Virus record (IMG/VR): IMGVR_UViG_3300017991_000083 | Span: 1 to 64,000 of that record | Direction: 5' to 3' (one strand) | DNA length: 64,000 nt | Source of the DNA: a virus | Part shown: one piece after another, positions 44,383-53,769 of the stretch | Layout of the letters: every line of letters starts with the position of its first letter | How positions within the stretch are numbered: the first letter of the stretch is position 1 | Made by a program: the position numbers and the translations under genes | The notes under the pieces: model-generated | The model's database searches: none | Told to the model about the DNA's origin: nothing | What the model saw: the letters and a program-made list of their open reading frames with translations, nothing else

Positions 44383-44838
44383 TTACGTCGTTCCGAGGAC
44401 GACCGTGAAGGTCATCGACGTATGGAGCAGGTTAGCCTCTGGCTCCGGGATCTCGATCGAGGAGACCAGGTTACAGCGCCTGCACCTAACTGTGAACGCC
44501 TGGGCGTTCAGATTCGTGACTCCTGCCTCTCCTACCTCACCATGCAGCAGGTCGAACACTTCCTGCTCCAGGGTATCCATCGTCGTTTTCGGGTAGCCTC
44601 TGTTCGTGGGCACCCAAAGGTGGATCTTGACGTCGAAGCCGGCCGAAGGGAGCCGGTGCGCTGCATTGGTCCATGTCACCTGGAACGTGAGCTGCGGGTA
44701 GTCCCGGTCCTTCACCCGTACAACGGGCAGCGCCGAGTCGTGGATGCGCGTACTGCACTTCCCCGTGATGATCGCGCTGGACGTGAACAGCGCTTTCAGG
44801 GCCCCCTTCAGGGCGATCTTCATGCGCTCGTTGCTCAT
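44383..44838 (-). CDS. Tail terminator protein
   Basis: Synteny; RIHD....YPQLTF pattern. Confidence 0.65.
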   Translation of the reverse strand: MSNERMKIALKGALKALFTSSAIITGKCSTRIHDSALPVVRVKDRDYPQLTFQVTWTNAAHRLPSAGFDVKIHLWVPTNRGYPKTTMDTLEQEVFDLLHGEVGEAGVTNLNAQAFTVRCRRCNLVSSIEIPEPEANLLHTSMTFTVVLGTT

Positions 44839-45386
44839 CTACCTGCCGCTCCTGCAGCCCCTACTGTGCCACTTGCCCTCATCGCCGCGGCTACCGCGGC
44901 GCCGATCTCTGCCTGGACCTGCTGCTGCTTGTTTATCATCGCGGTCCGGATGTAGGGTCGCGGAGCCATCGGCGGCTCCGCACGGCCCTCATGGACGTAG
45001 AGCACGTAGAACGGGGTTGTCCTCCTCCGGCCGTACTTGTCGACCCACTTGCCGGGGGCCGTGTAGCCGGGATGCACGCCAATCTTCCAGCGCCAGTGCA
45101 GGAACGAGACCTCCTCGGGCATGAATGCCTTCGTCGATGCCCTCATGAGGCCGGTGTCAACCGCACGGAGAGCGCCAGACGATACGAGTTCTACCGCCTC
45201 CCTCTCGATGAGCTGAGCGCCCCTGGTGCCGGCCAGGACCACGTTCTTGACCGCTCTCGAGGCGAACAGGGTCAGGGCGACCTGCACTTCCTTCACGCCG
45301 ATCACATGGACTCCGCCCCGGAACAGTGTCCCGGGAATGACCCCTGTCGCCCCGCCCGTGAGGCCCGAAAGTGTGCTGAGAGGCAC
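44835..45386 (-). CDS. HK97 gp10-like neck/tail completion protein
   Basis: VDTGLMRAS, Y..YVHEG...MAPRPYIRTA. Confidence 0.85.
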   Translation of the reverse strand: MPLSTLSGLTGGATGVIPGTLFRGGVHVIGVKEVQVALTLFASRAVKNVVLAGTRGAQLIEREAVELVSSGALRAVDTGLMRASTKAFMPEEVSFLHWRWKIGVHPGYTAPGKWVDKYGRRRTTPFYVLYVHEGRAEPPMAPRPYIRTAMINKQQQVQAEIGAAVAAAMRASGTVGAAGAAGR

Positions 45387-45742
45387 TAGCTATACCCGCC
45401 CTCTCCGTAAGCGTCCATGTAGACCTGCTTGTGGTGATCCTTCACGCCGCCTGGTCGATTGTCGACATAGCGGACGATGAACGTCTCGCCTGTGACCTCC
45501 TGGGTCAGAATGTCGTCGACCTTGACTATCGCCGTCGGCAGCATAAACCCGAGATGGGAGCTCGACCCGATGACGCCGCCGACGCCGGCCTCTGCGGCCC
45601 CCTTGTTGCGCGTGATGCGGATGGGCTGATCGGTCGCCGCGAGCCGAGGGCCAGTGGCGATGTCGCCTGTGGCCGTGGTCGCCTGCGCCGGCACCCGCGC
45701 TATGCTCACCCGCTCGGGGAGTAGCCCCACCTTGATTGCCAT
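45386..45742 (-). CDS. Head closure (stopper) protein
   Basis: Synteny; beta-rich; ..DIL...GETFIV...HH. Confidence 0.7.
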   Translation of the reverse strand: MAIKVGLLPERVSIARVPAQATTATGDIATGPRLAATDQPIRITRNKGAAEAGVGGVIGSSSHLGFMLPTAIVKVDDILTQEVTGETFIVRYVDNRPGGVKDHHKQVYMDAYGEGGYS

Positions 45743-46722
45743 CAGACCATCCCGTAGCCGTACTTCTGAACCACGAGCTTCATCATCCTCTGGACGCCGC
45801 CCGTGACCTTATCTCCGAACTTGGACTCGACCATCTTGAGATCCTGGCCGAACGTCGCCTCGTAGTCGGCCATGACGATGCTCTTCACGCCGAGCGCACT
45901 CACTGAGGCCTGCTCCTCCTCCAGGAGCCAGACCTGGGCCCGGAACGCGACCAGCATGTTCGCGAGCATCCTTACGTCGCTTGGGACCTCGGTGTAGCCG
46001 TAGGTGTACTGCACGTCGACGTTGACCGGGCCCTTCGTGAAGTAGGAGTAGGTATCGCTCACGAGCCGGATGCGCCCGTCGGCCGTGTAGACGTGGTAGT
46101 GGTCGCTCGAGATGGTCGTGGGCGTCGAGGAAGTCACGCCGTTGATGCAGTCCCTAAGGCGCGTCACTGAGAGAACAGGCCAATGCCTGAGGATCACAGT
46201 GTCCTGGTCGTCGCGGTCGATGTCATGAACCTCGGTGCCGGCATCGTTGGCGTAGAAGTCATGCTGGCATTCCTGGTCGATGATAGTCTTTGCCCAATCG
46301 CGCCAGGTCTCCTTGATGTCGTCGACGGTGACTCCCTCGACAAGCTCCACAACCTCAGCCTTACTGTCGTAAGGATTTGTGTAGGCAGCCGCCCCGCCGG
46401 TCGTGACCTCGAAGTATTCCGTCCTGGCCGTGGCAGCTATCAGATTCCCGTTGACCTCGAAGTACCACACGATCCGCCAGTTGGACCCTACGGTCGCGTC
46501 GACCGGCAGCGTGTAGCCCGTGAACTGGTAGTGGCCCTCTGCGAGCCTGGTGATGTTGCTGTTGTCCGTCTCCTCGTGGACCAGGGTCCCGCCCTGGTCA
46601 TAGATCTTGAGAGTGGGCTCGGTCCCGCCGGCGTAGCCGTCGGGGTCGACGAGCGCCCCGCCCTCAGACACGTAGATGTAGATGTCGAGGTTGACGGCGT
46701 TGCCCTGTGCAAATGTCAGCAT
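45742..46722 (-). CDS. Head-tail adaptor with extra N-terminal Ig-like domain
   Basis: LRHWPVLSV, V.VQYTYGYTEVPSDV typical of gp6/gp15-like adaptors. Confidence 0.8.
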   Translation of the reverse strand: MLTFAQGNAVNLDIYIYVSEGGALVDPDGYAGGTEPTLKIYDQGGTLVHEETDNSNITRLAEGHYQFTGYTLPVDATVGSNWRIVWYFEVNGNLIAATARTEYFEVTTGGAAAYTNPYDSKAEVVELVEGVTVDDIKETWRDWAKTIIDQECQHDFYANDAGTEVHDIDRDDQDTVILRHWPVLSVTRLRDCINGVTSSTPTTISSDHYHVYTADGRIRLVSDTYSYFTKGPVNVDVQYTYGYTEVPSDVRMLANMLVAFRAQVWLLEEEQASVSALGVKSIVMADYEATFGQDLKMVESKFGDKVTGGVQRMMKLVVQKYGYGMV

Positions 46723-46737
46723 GACCGAATCCCCCTT

Positions 46738-48141
46738 CTACTCGAACTCACAGTAGCCGCCCTCTGCAGACGTTGTGTCATAGATGGCCTGAAGAATCGC
46801 CGACAGCGAGCCGGCGGCAGTGTGCTCGCTCAGGAGCTCGTCCAGGACAGCGTCTGCAACGTCAAGTGCCGTGATGCTTATCCCGTCTATCTGGTCACTC
46901 AGCGTCTCCAGCGTATCGCTGTCGGCCCCGCGAATGTTCGACTCTGTCGTGCTGATAGCCTGATCGAGGTCGGACAGGTTCGCGATGAGCGCTCCGGCGA
47001 ACGGGGTCGAATCGGACAGGATGTCTGTCACGGCGATGTCGTTCAGGCTGGCTATGGCCGCATCGATGGCATCGAGCTCGGACGCGGTGTCCGCCGGCAG
47101 ATTGTCCGTCTTCGTCTTGATGGCGGAGACGTTCGATCCGACCACGGCCAGGGCGACAGTTGTGGCAAGGCCGCTAACGTCTGCCTTGAACTGGTCAGGA
47201 TTGTCGAGGTCAGCCTGGACAGCCGCGATCTCGTCACTGAGATCCTTCAGGTCGTCGGAGTCCGCTCCACGGATATTGCTCTCGGTCGTGCTCAGGGCCT
47301 GGTCCAGAGTGCTGTCCAGGAGCTCAGCCAGGGATCCGGCAACTCCGGAGTGATCTGCAATCGCCTCCTCGAGAACGGCGTCGGCGATAGCGCCCGCTGT
47401 CGGATCGTTCAGGCCGGCTATGGCCGCATCGATAGCATCGAGCTCGGACGCAGTGTCCGCCGGCAGATTGTCGGTCTTTGCCTTGATGCCCGCCATGTCG
47501 ATCACCAGGTTGACAACGGCGCCGCCGAATGTGCCTCCAGTAGCGTGTCCGGCAGTAGACTCGTCCCACACGGCATCTGCGTTGTCTCCGGCGGTCGGGA
47601 TGCTGAGTCCGGCTATCTCGTCTGAGATATCCTTCAGATCGTCGTCATCTGAGCCGCGGATGTTGCTCTCAGTCGTGCTGATGGCCTGATCGACCCGGGT
47701 GTTCAGGCTATCCATGTACCCGCCGAACGTGCCGCCGGTCGTGTGGCCGGCCATCGCTTCATCCAGGACAGCGTCGGCGATGGCCGCAGCGGTCGGGTCA
47801 TTCAGTCCGGCGATGTCTGTGGCGAGGTCGTCGAAGACGTTGTCGGTTACATAGACGGCGCCCTCGTACTGTACACAGTCGTTCGCCTGGACGATGTAGA
47901 GGAGCGGGCCCTCTGTATCCAGGTCGCCTGAGGCGGGGTTCCAGGTATAGTGCCCGTCCCCGACCTCCGTCCAGTTGTCCGCGGTGATGGAATCGGTAGT
48001 CCAGGACGTCGCGTTCTTCTTGCGAAACTTCAGCGTGACGGACCCGTAGGCGATGCCCGTCTTGACGGAATGATAGGTGTCGTCATCGCGAAAGATGACA
48101 GGCAGCTCTTCTGTAGACGAGTCCTTCGTTACGGGGTACAT
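46738..48141 (-). CDS. Virion fibre-like protein with internal repeats
   Basis: IADAVLDE-type x4, DQAISTTESNIRG x3, IK.KTDNLPADTASELDAIDAAIA x2. Confidence 0.75.
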   Translation of the reverse strand: MYPVTKDSSTEELPVIFRDDDTYHSVKTGIAYGSVTLKFRKKNATSWTTDSITADNWTEVGDGHYTWNPASGDLDTEGPLLYIVQANDCVQYEGAVYVTDNVFDDLATDIAGLNDPTAAAIADAVLDEAMAGHTTGGTFGGYMDSLNTRVDQAISTTESNIRGSDDDDLKDISDEIAGLSIPTAGDNADAVWDESTAGHATGGTFGGAVVNLVIDMAGIKAKTDNLPADTASELDAIDAAIAGLNDPTAGAIADAVLEEAIADHSGVAGSLAELLDSTLDQALSTTESNIRGADSDDLKDLSDEIAAVQADLDNPDQFKADVSGLATTVALAVVGSNVSAIKTKTDNLPADTASELDAIDAAIASLNDIAVTDILSDSTPFAGALIANLSDLDQAISTTESNIRGADSDTLETLSDQIDGISITALDVADAVLDELLSEHTAAGSLSAILQAIYDTTSAEGGYCEFE

Positions 48142-48143
48142 GC

Positions 48144-48866
48144 CTAAGCCATCCTTGGAGCGAATCGGGTGACGACGTGGATGTCCGCGCCGTCGACCCT
48201 ATCTACGCGACTGTTCGGCGGGATGATCCCCTCTGCCATCAGAAGCCTTGACAGGGCCATCAGGCAGCCGCCGTAGAAGGTCAGGTTGCCGCTTGGCAGC
48301 TTGTTGAGGGCACCCTGGCGAACGTAGCCGACCTGCAGATAGCATCGATAGCCGCCCTTGCTCCGCCAGCCCTTGAACCTCCAGAGCAGGGAACCAGGCG
48401 GATCGGTGAAGCCCCCAACGTCGCGGAGCTCACAGTCTGTGTCGCCATCGATGTTGATGCACGAGAAGTCTGTGGCGTCGATAGTGAAAACGGCCGATGA
48501 CCCTGGGTTCGAGGCCCAAGACTTGCTCCCCCAATAGTTCCCGGTTGGGAAGCCGTAGTCGCCGAGATCGAGCGCCCCCCCGATGATATCGTGGTCGTAG
48601 TACAGGCCCACGACATACGTCCCGTTGTACCCTATTGGCTCCGTGACGGAGTGTGTTTCGCACGTGAACCTGGCCAAGTCCAGGACAACGCCGCCGGGAA
48701 TGCTCGACGTGTCGAACGAATAGTAGGCCCTCCACTCCACAGGGTCGACCGAGTCGCCCTGCTGGACGTTCGGATTCCACTCCGTTCCCGTGAAGTCGTG
48801 CGCTGACACCCCGTCCTTGATGTAGCCCCAAACGTCGGGGTTGAAAGAGTCGATGACGAGCGACAT
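48144..48866 (-). CDS. Virion beta-sandwich protein (DNRLRE/CBM-like)
   Basis: RAYYSFDTSSIP...A.F pattern; first gene after the late regulatory motif. Confidence 0.6.
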   Translation of the reverse strand: MSLVIDSFNPDVWGYIKDGVSAHDFTGTEWNPNVQQGDSVDPVEWRAYYSFDTSSIPGGVVLDLARFTCETHSVTEPIGYNGTYVVGLYYDHDIIGGALDLGDYGFPTGNYWGSKSWASNPGSSAVFTIDATDFSCINIDGDTDCELRDVGGFTDPPGSLLWRFKGWRSKGGYRCYLQVGYVRQGALNKLPSGNLTFYGGCLMALSRLLMAEGIIPPNSRVDRVDGADIHVVTRFAPRMA

Positions 48867-48923
48867 AGGGCGTCTCCAGGCCGGTTCCAGGTCATCTCCC
48901 GGCCATACTGCGACTGACGTACT

Positions 48924-48960
48924 CTGAAAGCAAGACCGTAAGTGCTCAACATCTGAACAG
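48924..48960 (-). promoter_or_regulatory. Late control region: palindrome GTGCTCA-ACATC-TGAACAG plus 23-bp motif AGCACTTACGGTCTTGCTTTCAG
   Basis: Both elements recur at 61000-61066. Confidence 0.65.
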
Positions 48961-48961
48961 C

Positions 48962-50065
48962 TTAGCCGACGATGTTCTTCGAGCTGCCCTCTACGAGCTC
49001 GAGCGCGGTCCGGCCCCGGCCCAGGCTCCGGTTCAGTTCCTCGTACCAGGTCGCGTGAGCCGCGAGCAGTTCTTCTGCCCGGTGCCTGTATGTGTGGCCT
49101 GCCAGAACGAGCTCGCGGCCGGCCCTGGCGATCCGGGTTCGGTCCTGATCCCGACGCGGGTCGACGAGGTCCTGGATGACTGCCACTGCCTTTTCTATCC
49201 GGTTGAACGAGACCAGGTTCACGCCGTTCTTGAACAGGCCCCCCATCCCCTCGAAGGCATAGGTCACATAGACAGCCGTGCCGCAACACATCACGTTCCA
49301 GGTCCGGTTGCTCGTGTACTGGTCGATGTCGTTGTAGGCGTTGATTCCGAGCACAACCTTGGCGCTTGCGACTGCGATCGAGAAGTCCTTCTCATAGACC
49401 TTCCCGAAACAGGGGGCCCCGGCACCCCAATTCGTACCGTAGACCCGCAGCTTCAGGTCCGACTGTGCCACCAGGGACATGAGCTTCGCCCGCAGCGCCG
49501 AGTCCGGGAAGTGGGAGTAGTTTCCGCCCATGAATGCCACATCGCACTCGAACGCGGGGTCGGGCTTGACGGGCTTGTAGACATCCGGGTCACTGGCCGT
49601 GTGCCAGGTCATCACCCTGGGCACACCCAGGCGCCGGTAGCACTCGAACTGCAGCTCATCGGCGTTGCTCAGGAGCAGCATGTCACACACCGCTCCGAGC
49701 CTGGCGATGTCCCGCACCGCCATCCCGCGCTGATCCCCAAAGAACAGGGCGACGAATGTGCGAGGGGCGCTCTGCTTGATCGAGCGGACTATCGCGGGGT
49801 CGAGTCGCTCGCCCTTGTTGATGAGCACGATGTCAGGCTTCCAGGATCCGACCTTTTGCAGAACCTCTATTCCCATCCCCTCACCGCCGAGCTTCTTGGC
49901 TCTCGAACGGTAGTCGTAGTCGATGACCTCACATCCGGCCTGGCGAAGGCCCCGCGTACGCAGGTGATCTGATACGTGGTCCTGCAGGAAGGTCCCGATG
50001 TGGAAGACCTTCAGCGGCCCGTCACTTTCCGACCTTGTCGGGGATGAACTCCGGAGCGGCGCCAT
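48962..50065 (-). CDS. CgeB-like GT-B glycosyltransferase
   Basis: PDIVLINKG, DP.VYKP, DVAFMG, YG..W, SNRTWNVMCCG, HTYRHRAEEL. Confidence 0.88.
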   Translation of the reverse strand: MAPLRSSSPTRSESDGPLKVFHIGTFLQDHVSDHLRTRGLRQAGCEVIDYDYRSRAKKLGGEGMGIEVLQKVGSWKPDIVLINKGERLDPAIVRSIKQSAPRTFVALFFGDQRGMAVRDIARLGAVCDMLLLSNADELQFECYRRLGVPRVMTWHTASDPDVYKPVKPDPAFECDVAFMGGNYSHFPDSALRAKLMSLVAQSDLKLRVYGTNWGAGAPCFGKVYEKDFSIAVASAKVVLGINAYNDIDQYTSNRTWNVMCCGTAVYVTYAFEGMGGLFKNGVNLVSFNRIEKAVAVIQDLVDPRRDQDRTRIARAGRELVLAGHTYRHRAEELLAAHATWYEELNRSLGRGRTALELVEGSSKNIVG

Positions 50066-50810
50066 CTGGACTCCTCTTGATGCGGCCTCGCTTGGCCTGG
50101 TCTCTGAACGCGGTGTACTTCTTGTAGGCCTGGCGCTTGCACTTGGGGTGCTTCGGGTGGTCCATCGCCTCGACATAGGAGTGGATCTTCCCCTTCTCGT
50201 CTTCCCACCTGTTCGCGAGCTGTGCAACCTGCCAGCCCTTGGCCCGGACCCTGGCACAGAGCGGCGTTCCTGCGAAGCCCATGACCTGTCGCGGTCCGAG
50301 CTGGAACCCGCCGGCGTCTACGAGCGCCTTCTTGTGGCACACCCAATGGATCGGGCAGAGCATCTTCCTGAAGATGACCGTGATGTCGCCTCGGGTCTCG
50401 GTCCCGATGACGTTCGTCTTCCTGGGCTCCCCGTGATTGTGCCCGTTCACAAAAGCGAGCTCAGGGAATAGGCGTAGCGCCTCCATACAGATTTCGAGCC
50501 AGCCCGGGTTGTACCAGGCGTCGTCGTCGCTGATGGCGATTATCTTGCTCTTCGTCGCCTTGATCCCGATCATCCGGGCCTTCGCCGAGCCCTTGTTGTC
50601 GTCGAGCAGGATGGCAGTGAGCTTTCCCTGGTCCTGCATCTCCTGGAGCCATTCGCGGGTGCCGTCGGCGGAGTTGTTGTCGACCACGATGATACGGTGC
50701 GGATGGAGAGTGTTCTCGATCATCGAGCCGATGCAGTCCTTGAGATAGAGCAGCCGGTTGAACGTGATGACAACGATGTCGACCACGGGGCGATCGTCCT
50801 TAGCTGCCAT
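50022..50810 (-). CDS. GT2 glycosyltransferase
   Basis: VITFNR, VVDNNSADGT, N.G.A.A, SDDD DxD motif. Confidence 0.9.
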   Translation of the reverse strand: MAAKDDRPVVDIVVITFNRLLYLKDCIGSMIENTLHPHRIIVVDNNSADGTREWLQEMQDQGKLTAILLDDNKGSAKARMIGIKATKSKIIAISDDDAWYNPGWLEICMEALRLFPELAFVNGHNHGEPRKTNVIGTETRGDITVIFRKMLCPIHWVCHKKALVDAGGFQLGPRQVMGFAGTPLCARVRAKGWQVAQLANRWEDEKGKIHSYVEAMDHPKHPKCKRQAYKKYTAFRDQAKRGRIKRSPDGAAPEFIPDKVGK

Positions 50811-51642
50811 TGTCTTCTCCCTTCTCCACTGGCTTTGGCACGAACTCGGGATCTCCGCCGAGCTTCGCACGGCGGGCGAACTCCTTGTATCCCGTGCTCT
50901 CATAGTAGTCATGGTGCGACTTCGGATGAGACGGATGGGCCATGTGTTCGACGTACCGAACGCCTTCGGCATCTGCGTTGCCGAGCTCTGTATAGGGCCG
51001 GATGAGTCGGTTGACGTTCCCTCGGTCCGCCAGTGTCTCGATAGTGAACTTCGCAGAATGCCCTCCGATCTCGTGCAGCTTGCCGAACGGGAACCCGCTC
51101 CCGAGCAGCTTGCCACGTGCGATCTTCATGCCGCCGGCCTCCTCAACGATGGAGCGTCGGAAGACCAGATGAAACGTCCGAAGCGAGGTCCGGAAGTCTA
51201 TCGAGATGCCCTTGCGCCGTTCCGTTCTGACGTACTCCAACGTGCGACGATGGTCGGCCGACGTCACAGAGACTTCGGGCCAGAGCTCGAGAATCCTCAT
51301 GCAAACGGTTAGCCAGCCCGGGTTGTACCAGGCATCGTCATCGCTGATGGCCACGATCTCGCAGTCCGAGAGCTCCATGCCGGCGTAGAGCCCCTTGATG
51401 CGTCCGACGTTCTTCTCGAGGAAGACCGGAATGAGATTGCCCTCTGCAGCCTGTTCCTGGAGCCATTCTACAGTCCCATCCTCGGAATGGTTGTCGACCA
51501 CGATGAGCTTCCCGTAGGGGTAGCGCGTGTTCTCGCGGATTGACCGGATACACTCCTTGAGGTAGAGCAGCCGGTTGAAGGTAACTACGATGATGTCGAC
51601 GGGCTCTGTGGGTGTTCCGTCATCCCATTCCGCATGGCTCAT
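50800..51642 (-). CDS. GT2 glycosyltransferase (paralog)
   Basis: VVTFNR, VVDNHSEDGT, AISDDDAWYNPGWL. Confidence 0.9.
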   Translation of the reverse strand: MSHAEWDDGTPTEPVDIIVVTFNRLLYLKECIRSIRENTRYPYGKLIVVDNHSEDGTVEWLQEQAAEGNLIPVFLEKNVGRIKGLYAGMELSDCEIVAISDDDAWYNPGWLTVCMRILELWPEVSVTSADHRRTLEYVRTERRKGISIDFRTSLRTFHLVFRRSIVEEAGGMKIARGKLLGSGFPFGKLHEIGGHSAKFTIETLADRGNVNRLIRPYTELGNADAEGVRYVEHMAHPSHPKSHHDYYESTGYKEFARRAKLGGDPEFVPKPVEKGEDNGS

Positions 51643-51643
51643 G

Positions 51644-52801
51644 TCAGACCCCCATCATGTGCGACGCGACCTCGACGATGGTCTCGGCCCGCGCCTGGAA
51701 CGTGTGCTTGTGCGCTATCTCCATGCCCTTCGCCGAGAGCTCGGCGCGTGCCGCGTCGTCGGCCAGGAACCGATGCACGAGACGGTTCAGGTCGTCGGCA
51801 TTCCGGTACTCGGGAACGGTCTCCTTCATGAACGACTTCAGACCCTTGGCCCGATCACTGATACAGAACCCGCCACTGGCCAGGACGTCGAGAATCCTGA
51901 ACGACAGGAAGCCTTCCTTGGCCATCGGCTTATGATGGTCATTGAGCGAGATGGCGGTAGAGTTGTAGAGGTCGGGCAGGCGCTCATAGGGCCAGTACTG
52001 GCCGGCGTACCAGCTCAGATCGAACCCGGGCTTTGACGGCCACTTGCATCCGATGACGACCGGCGTGTACCCGACCGGCTCCAGGTCCCGGATGATCTCG
52101 CGCCCAAAGCCCAGGGACCCGCGGGCGTTCCCAACGAACACGACGTTGTGCGAGAACGGCGGTTTCTTCTTCGGCGGCCGCATATCTGTACAGACCTCGA
52201 GCGGATGGACCGGCGGGCCCATGTCCCTGATCTGACTGATGAACGACGGCGACAGACAGAACACTACGTCGTACTTCGCCATCTCCTCAGCGTCCATCTT
52301 CTGAGGATGAGAGTGGAACCAGCAGACGTTGAAGCTGCTCGGGTTGTAGAAGAACGGGTACTTGTCCTTCTGCGGGAACGGGTGCCCGAACAGGTAGACC
52401 GTCACATCAGCGAGCTCCGGGAAGACCTCAACGGTGTGCCCCATCGCCAGGAACCCGGCCTCGAGCCGTTTCTTGACCCACCAGTCGCCCCAACACTCGA
52501 AGGTCCTGGGATCGGTCTCGGCCCAGGTCCTGACGTTGATCGCCAGGCCCTTGATGTTCTTCGAGTTGTTGCGGATCTCCGTGAGCCTCCGTTCCGTCAC
52601 CATCCGAGAGAGACGATTGCGCTCGGCCTTCAGAGCGTCGCGTTGGTTCGACCGACGGCCGCCGTCCACGCCGGCCAGCCTCGCCTCGAGCTTGCGGTCC
52701 TCTTCCGTCTGCTCTCGGAGCGGCTTGTTCACAAAGAGATGTCTTACCCGTTCACGTTCCGCGTCTACCGGATTCAGGAAGTTCTTCGAGCTCTTGGGCA
52801 T
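51644..52801 (-). CDS. CgeB-like GT-B glycosyltransferase
   Basis: WGDWW, VFVGNAR, LNDHH..M...GF.SFRILDVLASGG..ISD, HTFQARA. Confidence 0.88.
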   Translation of the reverse strand: MPKSSKNFLNPVDAERERVRHLFVNKPLREQTEEDRKLEARLAGVDGGRRSNQRDALKAERNRLSRMVTERRLTEIRNNSKNIKGLAINVRTWAETDPRTFECWGDWWVKKRLEAGFLAMGHTVEVFPELADVTVYLFGHPFPQKDKYPFFYNPSSFNVCWFHSHPQKMDAEEMAKYDVVFCLSPSFISQIRDMGPPVHPLEVCTDMRPPKKKPPFSHNVVFVGNARGSLGFGREIIRDLEPVGYTPVVIGCKWPSKPGFDLSWYAGQYWPYERLPDLYNSTAISLNDHHKPMAKEGFLSFRILDVLASGGFCISDRAKGLKSFMKETVPEYRNADDLNRLVHRFLADDAARAELSAKGMEIAHKHTFQARAETIVEVASHMMGV

Positions 52802-53769
52802 CAGAGATTCTCCACTGCCGCGATAACTCGCTTCGCGGCGCCAAGGAACGTCAGGGGCGGGACCTGGGCCCGCATCTTCTCGCAGATCCTCTTTCTGTCA
52901 GCCTCTGTCAGGGACGTCAGGTGCGCGAGTTGTATCCTGGCGTCTGCGGGACTGAAATAGGTCGGCCAGTGAGTCTGGATGGCGCCGTCGTCGGACAGCT
53001 TGACCGGATCAACCAGGGGCAGTCCGCCGGCCGCGATGACGTCGAGGACCTGGTGCTTCAGGAACCCGCGTATCGCCATTGGGGTCTGATGGTCGATGAG
53101 AACGACCTTCGCAGAGTGATAGAGATCCTGCAGGCGCCAGAAGTCATGGTACTTCGCAATCCACCTGTCTCCTGCCCTGTTCCAGTTCCGGCCCCATACC
53201 CCGAACGAGAATGCCAGGTCCCGGCGATCCAACAGATAGTCGGCAACCGGGCGCCCCCCGCGACTAGGCCGGGCGTTGCCGATGAACACCACGTCGGGAC
53301 ACTCTGCGTCGATCTGCGTAGTGGTCTGATTCACGAAATTCTTGCCCTGGATCATCCGGTCGGTGCTCGGTCGGATGAGGACAGGATCGGCTGTGCCGAA
53401 CAGGTGCGAGCAGGGGGGCAGGTACTTGACCACGGCCTCGGCGTCGCGGATCTGCCCGTTGGCCTCCTGTTCTATCCACGTGGCAGATGTGCAGAATACG
53501 ATGCTGTACTTCCGCAGCTCGCTCAGGGTCATCAGTTCGGGATGACTGTAGAACCAGGCTACGTTCAACTTGCCCGGGGGAACGGCCCGCTTGGCCGGCG
53601 CCTTCCCCCAACAGTAGAAGTTCAGATCTGATCGATAGGGATTGTCGACGAGCCGATGCCCGAGCTCCTCGAATGCGTGCCCCATCAGAACCCGGACCCA
53701 ATGATCGCCCCAAAAGGGCTGTGAGGGCCCGGGTTCGTGACTGGACCTGTCGTAGAGATGTATCCGCAC
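52801..53769 (-). CDS. CgeB-like GT-B glycosyltransferase (paralog)
   Basis: WGDHW, WFYSHP, VFIGNAR, IDH...M..RGF....LDVIAAGG. Confidence 0.82.
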   Translation of the reverse strand: MRIHLYDRSSHEPGPSQPFWGDHWVRVLMGHAFEELGHRLVDNPYRSDLNFYCWGKAPAKRAVPPGKLNVAWFYSHPELMTLSELRKYSIVFCTSATWIEQEANGQIRDAEAVVKYLPPCSHLFGTADPVLIRPSTDRMIQGKNFVNQTTTQIDAECPDVVFIGNARPSRGGRPVADYLLDRRDLAFSFGVWGRNWNRAGDRWIAKYHDFWRLQDLYHSAKVVLIDHQTPMAIRGFLKHQVLDVIAAGGLPLVDPVKLSDDGAIQTHWPTYFSPADARIQLAHLTSLTEADRKRICEKMRAQVPPLTFLGAAKRVIAAVENL

